This document shows, piece after piece, positions 44,855-55,890 of a stretch of 64,000 bases of DNA. The notes under the pieces are model-generated. The model was given only the letters and a program-made list of their open reading frames with translations, searched no databases and was not told where the DNA came from. Source of the DNA: Cyanidioschyzon merolae (Eukaryota); NCBI GenBank assembly GCA_000091205.1, contig AP006493.2; one strand, given 5' to 3'. The position numbers were made by a program, and so were the translations under genes. Positions within the stretch are counted from its first letter, which is position 1, and the number at the start of each line of letters is the position of its first letter.

Positions 44855-47095
44855 TTGCACTCGAACGAATCTTATTCCATTTTAGGTAGCTGCAGCTGCT
44901 GCGGTATCTGTGCAGGCTTTAGAAGCCCGAAGTCCACAAAGGTTTATCAAGGAATGTTGAGGAAAGTGCGCGAAGAGCTTGCATACGATCAAGCGCTGTT
45001 CGCACTGCAGGCTTGGCAGAGCGGGTCCCGCTGGTGGCAGCGCGCTTCTGCAACGCCTTTTACGGAGTGTTCGCGGTGGCCCGGCGGGGGAACGTCGCAC
45101 GCTGGGCAAGCCGCCGTCAAAGTCCGCAAAAGACAGAGAATCTCTGTGCCAAAGTGGCAATGTGCAGCAAAGCGCTCCGTTGAACACGTTTGTCGTGAGT
45201 GTGGCCACACGGAGGCCCGGCGCTACGGGCGTTGTCCGTGCTGCCAGAGCTGGGACAGCATGGTGGAACAGCCTCGCAGGCGGCGTGAAGCTGGCGGTTT
45301 ACAACGCCCACGCGACGATTTCGCCAACCAAAGAAGACACAAGCTCTGGAGCGGTGATGCAAATCTTTGGTCTGGTGACAGCGACCAGCTCAATGACTGG
45401 TTGCAGGGCGCGGGCACCGCGCCGTTGCCACTTGGTATCCTACGGCGCGGGCTAGGTCCAGGAACTGAACACAAGGTTGCGAAGGCGTCCGCATTGGACG
45501 GCAGTTCGAGCGGTAATGCATCGGGGAAGCTTCCGCACGCTGCATCCATGGAATCTAACAGAGCGCAACCAGTTGAGGTTCACAGGTTACTGACCTGCTC
45601 GGCCGAGTTTAATCGAGTGACTGGCGGAGGCATTGTTCCTGGTTCACTGCTCCTGATCGGCGGGGAGCCCGGCAACGGAAAGAGCACTCTTCTGTTGCAG
45701 ATTGCAGGTGATGTGGCCAGCAGCGGCTGCCGCGTCCTCTATGTTTCTGCGGAGGAATCTGTAGAACAGGTAAGTTCGCGTGCCGCCCGTTTGTTTGGAC
45801 TCATGGAACCCCGTCAAGAGGAATCGACGGAAAGGCGTCAAAGCCTCGAGAGAAATCTTCTCATCATGCACGAGGCCTGCTTGGAGGATATTCTCGACAT
45901 TGTTGAAGAGATCCAGGCGGGGCGAGAAAACGCTCCACCAAACAGCGCTCCAAGAGCGACAACGGCGAGCGCATCGACAACACCTACGGCGACTGTGCCC
46001 AGCACAGGTGCTCCGTCGAAAGCAGTCGGCGCTGGACGCAAAGACGCCTCCACGGTGGACAACACTGATGCCCAGTCGCCGCTGGGGTTGCTCATTATCG
46101 ATTCCATTCAGACTGTGTATACGCAGGAGAATGAGCAAGAATCAGCAGCCCCGGGCAGTATCGTGCAGGTGCGGCACTGCACGAACCGTCTGCTTGGACT
46201 CGCAAAGCGGCAACAACAACGGCTAAGAGAGCCGTGGCAGCGCACTGCGATTATGCTGATTGGTCACGTCACCAAATCAGGTGACTTGGCTGGACCCAAA
46301 CTGCTCGAGCACATGGTCGACGTGGTCCTCTACCTCGAATCTGAGCAGGGTCTCTTCCAGCATCGCATTCTGCGCTGTACAAAAAACCGCTTCGGACCGA
46401 CGGATATCGGCATCTTTGATCTCACCTCACGGGGTCTCGTAGATGTTCCGAATCCAAGCCTGCTGTACTTCCAGGCTGCCGAGTCGAGTCTGATGCATGA
46501 CAGTGATGGAGCCGCGAAAGCGCCGAACAACCCATTCCACACCTACGCCCGTGAATCCACTGACGGCACCGCATTCTCCATGGTCGTCGATGGAACCCGC
46601 GCTTTCCTCGTCGAAATCCAGGCCTTGGTTGCAAAGACCTCGCTCACCCAGCCCCGTCGGACGAGCAACGGTTTCGATCTTTCTCGTCTTTACGTTATTC
46701 TGGCGGTTTTATCAAAACGAGCTCGACTGCGACTCGAGACACACGATGTCTATATGAACGTGGTAGGTGGAGCCCGCATCCAAGACCCCGCTGCAGATAT
46801 GGCGGCAGCGGTGGCACTTGCATCCTCATTACTCGCGAGGGCGCCTCGGCCGGATACAGCATTCATTGGAGAGCTCGGCCTGCAGGGTGAAGTTCGCCCG
46901 GTACCCCGTCTCGACCTGCGTCTACGGGATATCGCGCGACTCGGATTCCGCTTCTGTGTTTGCAGCGATCGTTTGAGTTCAAGACAGGAGACTGCTGCTC
47001 GGGAGACGGGCCTCCAAGTCATTCGATGCCGTACTATTTCCCAGGTGCTGCAATTCGGCATTCCCGAAGAGATAGCACCCACGGAGCAGCACTGA
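44855..47095 (+). CDS. radA: DNA repair protein RadA/Sms (bacterial type, likely organelle-targeted), with low-complexity insertions
   Basis: The C4 zinc finger is CRECGHTEARRYGRCPCCQSW. The RecA-like Walker A is GGIVPGSLLLIGGEPGNGKSTLLLQIA. The KNRFG motif is KNRFGPTDIGIFDLTSRGL. A Lon-protease-like C-terminal domain follows. The N-terminal extension before the zinc finger is consistent with a targeting peptide. Confidence 0.85.
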   Translation: MHSNESYSILGSCSCCGICAGFRSPKSTKVYQGMLRKVREELAYDQALFALQAWQSGSRWWQRASATPFTECSRWPGGGTSHAGQAAVKVRKRQRISVPKWQCAAKRSVEHVCRECGHTEARRYGRCPCCQSWDSMVEQPRRRREAGGLQRPRDDFANQRRHKLWSGDANLWSGDSDQLNDWLQGAGTAPLPLGILRRGLGPGTEHKVAKASALDGSSSGNASGKLPHAASMESNRAQPVEVHRLLTCSAEFNRVTGGGIVPGSLLLIGGEPGNGKSTLLLQIAGDVASSGCRVLYVSAEESVEQVSSRAARLFGLMEPRQEESTERRQSLERNLLIMHEACLEDILDIVEEIQAGRENAPPNSAPRATTASASTTPTATVPSTGAPSKAVGAGRKDASTVDNTDAQSPLGLLIIDSIQTVYTQENEQESAAPGSIVQVRHCTNRLLGLAKRQQQRLREPWQRTAIMLIGHVTKSGDLAGPKLLEHMVDVVLYLESEQGLFQHRILRCTKNRFGPTDIGIFDLTSRGLVDVPNPSLLYFQAAESSLMHDSDGAAKAPNNPFHTYARESTDGTAFSMVVDGTRAFLVEIQALVAKTSLTQPRRTSNGFDLSRLYVILAVLSKRARLRLETHDVYMNVVGGARIQDPAADMAAAVALASSLLARAPRPDTAFIGELGLQGEVRPVPRLDLRLRDIARLGFRFCVCSDRLSSRQETAARETGLQVIRCRTISQVLQFGIPEEIAPTEQH

Positions 47096-48409
47096 TTGAT
47101 CGAGCTGCTTCGGGGTGTGGGTGCGGGTCCCGATGCATTGTACGCATCATGAAAACGCATCCAGACGCTCTGCACTGAGATGGAACCAGAGTCGCACGTC
47201 GCAAGGCATCGAAGGGCGTACCAGACGCTGGCGACGCTGGTGAACGTTGCCGACGCTGTCACGTGCGCTGGGCGCCAGGAGACTGCGTTTGCGCTATTCG
47301 GTATCGACAGCGGTCGTCTGCAGCGCTCAGCACCCCAAAACGTCAATACAGCAGGCGTTTAGGATCTTGAGTTGCTTAGTAGATGGTACTGATTGTGAGG
47401 TGGCGGTGTCCGCGGGTGCGTTTACAACCGCGGCTCCGTGCACGCATCCTCGTGGCTGAGTTTACGTGCCGTTTCTATATGTGCAGTACGCGCGTCGCAA
47501 ATATCCCGGCTGCGGTCATTGCATACTCATGGATATCGTGTCTGGGAGCAGCACGGGCAGCTACCAAATGCCGAAGAAAACTACTTCCATTGTGTAAACA
47601 TGTATATGTGTGTATGCGGCGCTCCAGTGTGTCAGAAATGCTGACCGTTCCACACCAGTTGCTTCGTCGAGGCGGGAATCCAGTCACGTTTCTCCTGGTC
47701 GCTGCTTTCGTTCCTTCCGAAAAGTTGCAATGTTTCCGCACAATGCCTTCGCCGAGTACGAAACGATTCCCATGGAATTCCGCTCGATAGAAAGCCGTTG
47801 GACGCTCAGAAAGCATGCCGCATATCAGGGTATTGACCGAGACGGTCAAGTGCCGTTGCAAAAAGTGTTTGCGGGCGTTGCTGCAGGTGGAATCACGCGA
47901 GAACAAGCCTCTCAACTTCGACTGACTTGCCGTCTGATATTCGATCGGCTCCATGTGCGCGCTTCAGTGCATGTGGCTCTGATACACGCTCTTGGTCTCA
48001 AGCTGTCCTCCCAAGAACACTTGCTCGTGATGCGCGTATACCCTCTTGAACGCATCGATGGGAATCGTGTAGAATCGATTCCTGCACTCCCTGTCTGCTC
48101 AAGGCGACGCCCTGGGATTGCGGTATTCGCACGTCAATGCACATTCACGGCCATAGGCTATCAAGAATCGATGCGACTTGTCGGTCACTTCCTTTTCTGA
48201 CTCTTTGAATACGTTTGCGAATGTATGCCCCTTGCCTCTGTGCAAGAAAAACAGCGGCGACTTTTACGCTATCTCATGTGCTCCTGTCAGGTGTCGTCCG
48301 CATGGACGATTTGGACGCTCATCTAATTTCTGCATGAATCACAAAAACATCCACATTTTCTCGATAGGTTGCAAAACGCATCGAGATGAATCATGACGCC
48401 GTCATCGCC

Positions 48410-48650
48410 TTTGTTGGTATACCCGCGTTGCGCCGATCATGTCCGACTCTGTTGGTACTACCGAGCCCTGACAAAGCTGAGCGGATTCATCTGCATTCTG
48501 TTCAGGTCCTTGGCGCCGTCCTCTTGACTCAGCGGCCTGGCGACGGCCAGATGCCCCGCAACCCGAAATCCGCACCCCACTACGAAATCGTTCACTGCAT
48601 CCACCAGGAGTCGTTGAAAAAAAATCACCGCGCACTGAGCAGACGTACAG
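48410..48650. repeat. Dispersed repeat family C, copy 2 (inverted relative to copy 1)
   Basis: See copy 1 at ~31300-31560. Confidence 0.55.
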
Positions 48651-50135
48651 TACAGCGCAGTCCAGAGCATCACTATCTACAGTGATACAATGAATGTCTA
48701 TGTGAAATAAACGGAGCACATCGAACCGAGGGTCAGGGAGGGCGACGGTTCTCGCATTTCGTTTCAATGCTGCCGTGCCCTGGGGGGATCCGTTCAGGAG
48801 CACCTGGTAACCCAAGGCGCAAGGAGAGCAGGCATCAAGTTGGATCCATCCTTTTTATACAAAGTTCGTCGGTCCGATGTCGTGAGTTCCACCCTGAGCT
48901 TGCTCGTTCTGTTGTGACGTTCGCACGCGTTGCTGCATCGCTTCCGAACACGCGACCACGTCGAGCTTTTCCGAGTCCAGCTCGTCATTTGACTCCATCG
49001 ACTCGCGAGCAACCCTTTCTATCAGTCCAAACTTGTCGGATCTAGTAACCATAGGGCAGATAAATACATAAATTCTCACAGAGAGCTCTTCATGAAGCGC
49101 TCGATATTGACCCGCATATGTGTTTTGAGGTGATGATGCGATATATCCGCACTTACGCAATCGAACTTGATCCATCGTGGACGTGGCGTGGCGAATCGCC
49201 AGGCTCTTCATGGACACGGTTCGTAAATTCCCTGATCCTATGCTTATTCCGCACTGGGTCTTCGGTTCCGACGATCACCCGTGCCGTTGCACAAAGGCAA
49301 TGTCGATAAGTACAAACGAAATGTGAACAGCTTGCAGCCCTGCGTCCGAACGATGACAAACCGTTGCTCGATGAGATGCGTCAAGGCGAGCAAAGCAACC
49401 CGGACTTTCCGCAGCTCAGAGGCTGCACCATCCCTGATCGTGTCCTGCATCTCTTGTTTTCGAATATTCTCCCCGTTGATGTTCTGTAGTAGGCAGGGTT
49501 TGGGAACCGAATCACAATGACCATTCCGCTCTGACAGTGTTCGCTCTCAGTCAGTTCCCGCCCGTTTCCAGCAAAATCTTTCTGTTCTTCGTTTGGCGGC
49601 GTCGTATCCTTCATCTCCTTGGTCGTCCAGTGAAGTTCTCAACCATATTTCTGGAAGCGTAAGCTTGTCTCACGGCCACCGTTGGCAGGCGCACTCACAC
49701 TGATGCCCTTCACGCTCGGTATGCGAATGAGCACTGCAAGCGGAGACGAGACTTTTATGCGGTTTTGCGTGAAACGCTCAGCATGAATCGACCAGAAACG
49801 TACCAACACACAATAAGATACAGGCCTATTCGATACAAAGTCTCTCCTGCTACCCAGGACGTCGTGCATTGCTGGAGCACCGGATGCCCAGCATTCTCGG
49901 AAAAGCCTAGAGCCCCGCGCAACGCACTGCGAACGGAAACCTTCTGGTGCGCTCTGTGCTTAGCGATAGCGGAGAGACTGTATCGCAAAGATTCAGGCGG
50001 TATGCCAATGACTAATTTACTGCAAAATCTAGACTTGCTGAAGAAACTGATGGAACTGGGCGTCTAGTCCAGGGTTTATTTGCAACGATATCGCTCTGCG
50101 CTGGCACACTGCGAACATACGCTGCGCCGGTTTCC

Positions 50136-52010
50136 GTGCGGCGGCAGCGTCCTCGGTCGCTATCCGTCTACAAGCGACCGTACATGCTCGCAACCGGAAA
50201 CGCTTCGAAGCAAGAGAAGCGCCCTCCGTCGGGTTCCGCTTTCGAGCGTGGTCGACGAAAGCGGTCAACAACGTATACCTCCCGAACCAAGCTGCGGAAA
50301 CCGGAATCTCCAACCGATGAGTTCGGAACCGCTGAACCGGGCTCATGGGCGTCACTTGTCAAGTCTCGTCCGGGTTCAGTTGCCCTCTGGCTAAAATACG
50401 CCGCATCCGAAACCCAGAAACGTGGTCCCGAAGCCGGTCGAGAAGTCCTGGAGCAAGCCCTCCAGAGCCGGGATCTCTACCGACAGGAGGCATTGTGGCG
50501 TGCCTTGGCCACGAAATATCAGACCTGTTATGAAGCGGCTCTAAAGAAGATACGACAAGCTATTCAGCTCCTGCCAAGAAGTGCGTCGCTCTGGGAACTG
50601 TACACAGAGCTTCGTTATTTTCCATCGGAGGTGCTGGTTCGCTGCCCGCTGGATGAATGCAGCGACGCTGACGATCGTACACAAGTGCCACTCTTTGTTC
50701 ATTTCGAACAAGAATGGCTCACCGCTTTGCAAGAAACACACGCAAGTCTAGAAGAAAAGGAGCATGTGTATCTCATCTGGGCCGCAACCTTGCGGCGGCT
50801 ACAGAACACGCAAGCATCCTCCTGCAGCCGTGCTGAGAACCTGGAAACTGCAGCGCGTGATTTTCCCGAAAAAAACATAGATGCTGTCGCACGGGCGTCG
50901 TCCGGGGAAACGATCGCTCATGCTGTGCTTCTACGTGGAGCGCGTTGTCTTCGTTCAGCTCGTTTATGGAAATACTTCCTGGAAAGCGCCGTATCACTAA
51001 GCGGGAACGACGACCTGGCCCTGCTCGAGGAGGCCATGTGCAGCGTCCCGCCTCTACGCAATGATTCATGGTTCTGCGATGTTCTTCGAGCGCGCCGTGA
51101 GCGCTGGGCTCTTGAACGCGATACAAGGACGCTTGCGAGCCACGTCGAGCGTTTCCCTACAGATCCGGAAGCGTGGCTCATGTTTGCCGAACACTATCGA
51201 TCTGTGTACGCTGATGAAACCCAAGCGGAAGCGATTTTGTTGACTTTCTTGCAGTACGGCTTTTCTCAAGCACCTGGTGACTCGGTCGCCCGCTTCATTG
51301 CTACCTTGCTGGATCAATCTTGGTCCCGTACGAGGAGCCTTGCTCGAGTGCGCGCTTTTCAGGAGAGCGCCCTTGCCTGTGCAAGCGATCGAGCCGCTCG
51401 AGATGCTATTTTTCGGGAATCTTTGCGATTTGAGCGCTACAAAGCAGTCTGTCTGGAGCGATGTAGGGAGCTGTTTCGTCGTTGGCTCGCGGAGGCTCCG
51501 CATTTAGCCTCGGTTTGGGCATCCTGGGCGCAGCTCGAACGCGAGGTGGCGAAGGTGCCGGCCAACGCTGTTCTGGTACTGCAGGTCGCCGTGGATTTGT
51601 TTCATGAGGCATTTGAGCTGCATCCATCCGGTGATGCGATGTGTCGGCAGCGTCAAATGCTGCAGATTCTGGCGCTTTGGAGATCACTGATCGATTCGCG
51701 CCTTGCGGAATGCTCAGATCCGCAGCAGCAACAGGACGCTCTTCGGAGCGCTTACCGAGTCTTGTTGAACAGATATTCCAATTCGCTTGCGGTTGTTTGC
51801 TCGTATGCAGCATTGGAAGCTTTTACTGGCGAAGGAGGCCTTGATTCGGCGCTGGAATTCTTGCGTCAGAGAAGACTAGAGGAGCACTGGCCTCCAGAAG
51901 ATCAGCTGCGACTAACTGAATTCGTAGCGGCGTTACGGAGAACACACGCCGCGGTGAGTCGGCGGATACGAGCTCGTCTCTGGCAAGATATCCGCGATCC
52001 GTCTGACTAG
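50136..52010 (+). CDS. HAT/TPR-repeat protein of RNA-processing type (NRDE2/UTP6-like; precise family not resolved)
   Basis: 624-aa ORF with a basic N-terminus followed by half-a-TPR-like repeats (VALWLKYAASETQ..., LWRALATKYQ..., SLWELYTELRY...). There is no enzymatic motif. Confidence 0.5.
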   Translation: MRRQRPRSLSVYKRPYMLATGNASKQEKRPPSGSAFERGRRKRSTTYTSRTKLRKPESPTDEFGTAEPGSWASLVKSRPGSVALWLKYAASETQKRGPEAGREVLEQALQSRDLYRQEALWRALATKYQTCYEAALKKIRQAIQLLPRSASLWELYTELRYFPSEVLVRCPLDECSDADDRTQVPLFVHFEQEWLTALQETHASLEEKEHVYLIWAATLRRLQNTQASSCSRAENLETAARDFPEKNIDAVARASSGETIAHAVLLRGARCLRSARLWKYFLESAVSLSGNDDLALLEEAMCSVPPLRNDSWFCDVLRARRERWALERDTRTLASHVERFPTDPEAWLMFAEHYRSVYADETQAEAILLTFLQYGFSQAPGDSVARFIATLLDQSWSRTRSLARVRAFQESALACASDRAARDAIFRESLRFERYKAVCLERCRELFRRWLAEAPHLASVWASWAQLEREVAKVPANAVLVLQVAVDLFHEAFELHPSGDAMCRQRQMLQILALWRSLIDSRLAECSDPQQQQDALRSAYRVLLNRYSNSLAVVCSYAALEAFTGEGGLDSALEFLRQRRLEEHWPPEDQLRLTEFVAALRRTHAAVSRRIRARLWQDIRDPSD

Positions 52011-52894
52011 AAACTTGTAGATTTGGGGCAAAAACAGAGACACTAGGAGGTGCATAGTCCCCAGCTTTGGTGAAACGCGTAATTTCCGTGTTTGAGGCGG
52101 GTCATCCAGTGGTCCAAGACCCCGAGTTGCTGTGTGTTGCACAAGTGCCCGGTGCGCGCGGCCACGTAACGACGTGCATGGTCCGTAACTGATATGAGTT
52201 ACACGAATGCAGCGGGACAGCAGTGATGAACTCGGGCGCAGTATCTCAACACCTAACCTGCCTGGGTCTTGTATTCGTCATTTTTACATCAATTGTGCCG
52301 CTGCGTCACGCGGAGAACTTCACAAATCATTCCTCTGCTCCACAAGCAAATCAAAGCGAGAACGATATGCGGAGCGAAAACGGGCAGTAGACGAGTACTC
52401 GCCCGATATCTAACGAGAATCGAAAGCGCCCTGATTCGCGTATCGCAGATCAATGGGAATCCGAGGCCCTGTTTGCTCCGCCCAGGGTGCTCAGTGCTGC
52501 GATGTGCTACAACCGCTCCAGCTTTTCAAGTTTTGTACAGGCGGCAATTTGACATCCAATGCCCCACCAGATCTAGACGCATCTCCATTCATGTACATGA
52601 ATTCCAAAAGGCCATCCCCTGCACTAGGCTTGCAGAACGGCGCACTGCAGGATCGCAAGCGACCAGGTGCTGTGAATGTCTTGTTGTATGCAGAGCAGTG
52701 AACTCTGGTGCACATGTGCCAGGACGTCGTTTTTGTGATCGCTTCGTTTTTCTCGTGAGTGTTCATGAAAAGGATTGTTTCCTGTAGATTGGAGAACGGT
52801 GACGGAATGATTTTATGATGTTTCGGCTAGCTAGAAAAAAACGGACTTGCATCTGCTATTCAATGATTTTCCGCTCAGCTGGTAAATGAACCAC

Positions 52895-53030
52895 CTTTCT
52901 CGTACACGTTATCCTGAACGTCCTGTATTCAAAACAAGACCATTCAATTTCAATGTACAAGACTGTCTGCTCGTGCACCCATTCCACTCCATAAGTTGTG
53001 TGAAAAAGACTCCCAAAAAAGCCACAGGAC
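52895..53030. repeat. Dispersed repeat family F, copy 2
   Basis: See copy 1 at ~4215-4330. Confidence 0.5.
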
Positions 53031-53299
53031 ATGATGAATGTTTTGCTGTTCATTCAAACTGTGACGGATAGACACGGATGGGTAGAGAAAAAAGCACGCT
53101 TCTCGGTGAGGCAGTCATGCGTTGATCAACACACGCTCGATTCCGTGCTGGAACGTAAACGCTTAACTTTTTTGGACTTGGTCCTGTGACACCCCCGCTG
53201 AATTTATTCGAATGCCTTCTCGCAGCGTATAGATATGGAGATAGAGACCAGGACGCAGTGTACCGTGCAGATCGTAGACGAATTGCCTTTGGAATATAT

Positions 53300-54500
53300 T
53301 GTTTACTGAATGGCGCAAGCAGGACTGTATTTCTACCTCAGGTCAGTCATAACTCAGTGCGCAGATGTTTGGTGAACACTAAAAGAAGCAAGTACTGGCG
53401 CTCCGCGCCGCACACGAACACTCTTGAAGACTGCTTGCGATCAACGGTAGAAATCAACACGTTGATCAGCTTACGGAAGGCAAAAGCGATGCTTGTAGTC
53501 GCCACGGGCGTCTCTCCTTCTAGTCAGCTTGTTCGTATTTTCCTAGAAACTCTGGGATCCATTCGCCAAGGAAAGAGTCATTGTTCACGAACGGCTCTTT
53601 TCCACCGAAATCGCAACGAAAGCGTTCCTGGAATGCCGCGATGATTATAAAATACAGGAACGTCAGTTTGTTTTTTAGTCGATGTGACTTGCCTCGGATG
53701 AAACAGTCCTTGCGTATATCGATATTCGCGGAGCAGGGCCCCCATGCTACGTACTATCGAACTCGTAGAGAACGGGGAAATCATGTGTTCCCGCTGCATT
53801 GGATTCATTTGGCGGCCGCAATTACGCTCACGGAAAAAGCCTATAGAACAACACCAAGCACTTCGTCGAATCATGGAATACTTTTCCCATGATGTCTGGC
53901 GACGTCCTTCTAGTGGCCAACATGGTATTTCACGATCCCTGTTGCGTTCGAGCTTTTGCCGATTCTATCTTGGAAAAGAGCTACTTTTCATCCCGGCGTA
54001 CTTTTCGAGCTTGAACCGTATCTGAAGGGGTGTATTCTCTCGAGAACCGTAACGATTGCCCCAGGAGGCGAATCGTTCAAGCGCTCAGCACACGGTTATA
54101 CCGGGACGCATGTCGTCTTTCTTCCGCAAATCCCTCTTCCTCCAGAAAGGCCCTCACCTAAGGGTATAAAGAAGTGCGTTGCGATTAGAAAAATTAAGGC
54201 ATGAGCTCGATTATACGCTTCAGAAAGTCGAGATACGGAGAAGGCGAAGAAGGGCCCGGTAGATAAAAAATGCATATCGCAGACAGAGCGATAAATAGCA
54301 GAGAGGGCACGAGTTCGAGGAATCCTCGCACTTTCAGCTCAAACAGAGGCACAGAACGCATGGCATTCATGAACCGAGACTTTAACGCCGCCATCAGTAT
54401 CAGGAGTTGCGCAAGGCTGAAGAAGAGGCCCCAGGAGCTGAAGCTGTCTAACTTTGTGATGCAGCCTCTTCGACTCTCGAAGTTGACAAAGAGAAGCTGA
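53300..54500 (+). pseudogene. Degraded, frameshifted TnpB/Fanzor-like RuvC nuclease gene relic (copy 1)
   Basis: Successive + strand ORF fragments are 53186..53644, 53581..53892, 53956..54204 and 54270..54500. They give ...RRCLVNTKRSKYWRS...LRKAKAMLVVATGVSPSS (RuvC-II-like block), ...RTVTIAPGGESFKRS (resembles the x-Y-T-S-Q-x-C segment that precedes the zinc finger), and MAFMNRDFNAAISIRS (resembles the RuvC-III R-D-x-N-A-A-x-N-I motif of TnpB/Cas12/Fanzor). The zinc-finger cysteines are not preserved and there are multiple frameshifts. Confidence 0.4.
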
Positions 54501-54799
54501 AGCCGATGGCGGGCGGCCGGTCCAAAAACGCTGGGAGGCGTCTGCGTATGGGTATTCATTTACCCTCCAAGGTCGTAGTACATTTAATGTTTCACGGACA
54601 TGTGCAGTTTCCGTCCGTGCTGCAGACTGGTGCAGCTTCCCGCCACCTGCCCCATGCTGGAAAGCATTCGTTACGCTGCGACGCGCCAGCCGCGCAGCGT
54701 CGCCGGATATTCCAGAGCCGCCGCGACCTCGCGCTTGAGAGCGCACGTTCCGTTAGAAACGGGGTTTTTCGTTTTGGAGCGGGTGCAGAGGCCGTAGTC

Positions 54800-55258
54800 A
54801 TGTCGACACCGGCTCGGAGAAGACTCATACGGGACTTCAAGAAACTGCAACAGGATCCTCCTGCTGGTATCTCAGCAGCACCAAGTGAAGCAGACGTCTT
54901 GAAGTGGACAGGAGTAATTTTCGGCCCGGAGGACTCCGTGTTTGAAGGCGGGGTCTTCAAGTTGACCCTAACGTTCAGCGAGGAGTACCCAAATAAGCCT
55001 CCTGTCGTCAAGTTTATAACCAAAGTCTTTCATCCTAACTTTTACTATGGAGACGGAGGAGTCTGTTTGGACTTGCTCCAGAACAGCTGGAGCCCCATCT
55101 ATGACGTTGCGGCCGTCTTGACCTCTATTCAGTCGTTGCTGTGTGACCCCAACCCGAACTCGCCGGCGAATGCGGAGGCCGCCAGGCTATACCTAGAAGA
55201 CCGGCGAGAGTATAATAAACGCGTCCTGCAGTGCGTGGAAGAGTCGTGGTTGACTTGA
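54800..55258 (+). CDS. UBC2: Ubiquitin-conjugating enzyme E2, Rad6/UBC2 (UBE2A/B) orthologue
   Basis: [30 protein letters not shown]...[84 protein letters not shown] matches Rad6 almost throughout (HPN, active-site Cys, PNPNSPAN). The ORF-track frame extends upstream, but the canonical start is the MSTPARRRL Met. Confidence 0.93.
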   Translation: MSTPARRRLIRDFKKLQQDPPAGISAAPSEADVLKWTGVIFGPEDSVFEGGVFKLTLTFSEEYPNKPPVVKFITKVFHPNFYYGDGGVCLDLLQNSWSPIYDVAAVLTSIQSLLCDPNPNSPANAEAARLYLEDRREYNKRVLQCVEESWLT

Positions 55259-55890
55259 GCGCCGCCGTCACGCCTGCACTTGCACGTGCAAGCGAAAGCG
55301 GTTTGCGCGAGTGAATGTGCCGCAAGGAGCCCGACCAATCTAGACGAGTTCATTTGCGCTGTCTTTGGATCGAAAAAGCGAAATGAGGAAACCGCGAAAA
55401 GCATGCGCAGATCCGCATTCGCAACAGGAAAGCGACGTCCTCGCGAGAACATGGTGTGGTTCCTGCTGGTCCGTAGACAGGGCAGTACGCTAGACCCTTG
55501 CTGGGAGGAAAGCGATGAATGTCGACGTCGAAATCGTTGTCCACGCGCGCTATCTAAGCACAAGCGCAACAAGTTCCACGCTTTGGCAGGCGTCACCCAT
55601 AGCAACTTGCGCCAGCGCAAGAGGCGATGTTACCCTTCTGTCCCCGTCGTCGGGTACGCGAGGGCATAACAAAGTTACCGAGGTGTATTTGTCCAGTCGT
55701 ATGCAAAGCATGTAAACTGCAGATACGATTGATGCTGTAAATTTGCTTGGAGCCGTGATCGAAGTTACCCAGCTGCTTGGCTCTCGAACAAGGAACCCTT
55801 GCATTCCGATGGAGTCAGCACGTTCCCAGGCCAGCGCTGGGCCTGCTAAAAGCGCCAGCATGCTCGAGCGACGCCTTCAAGAGTGCACAC

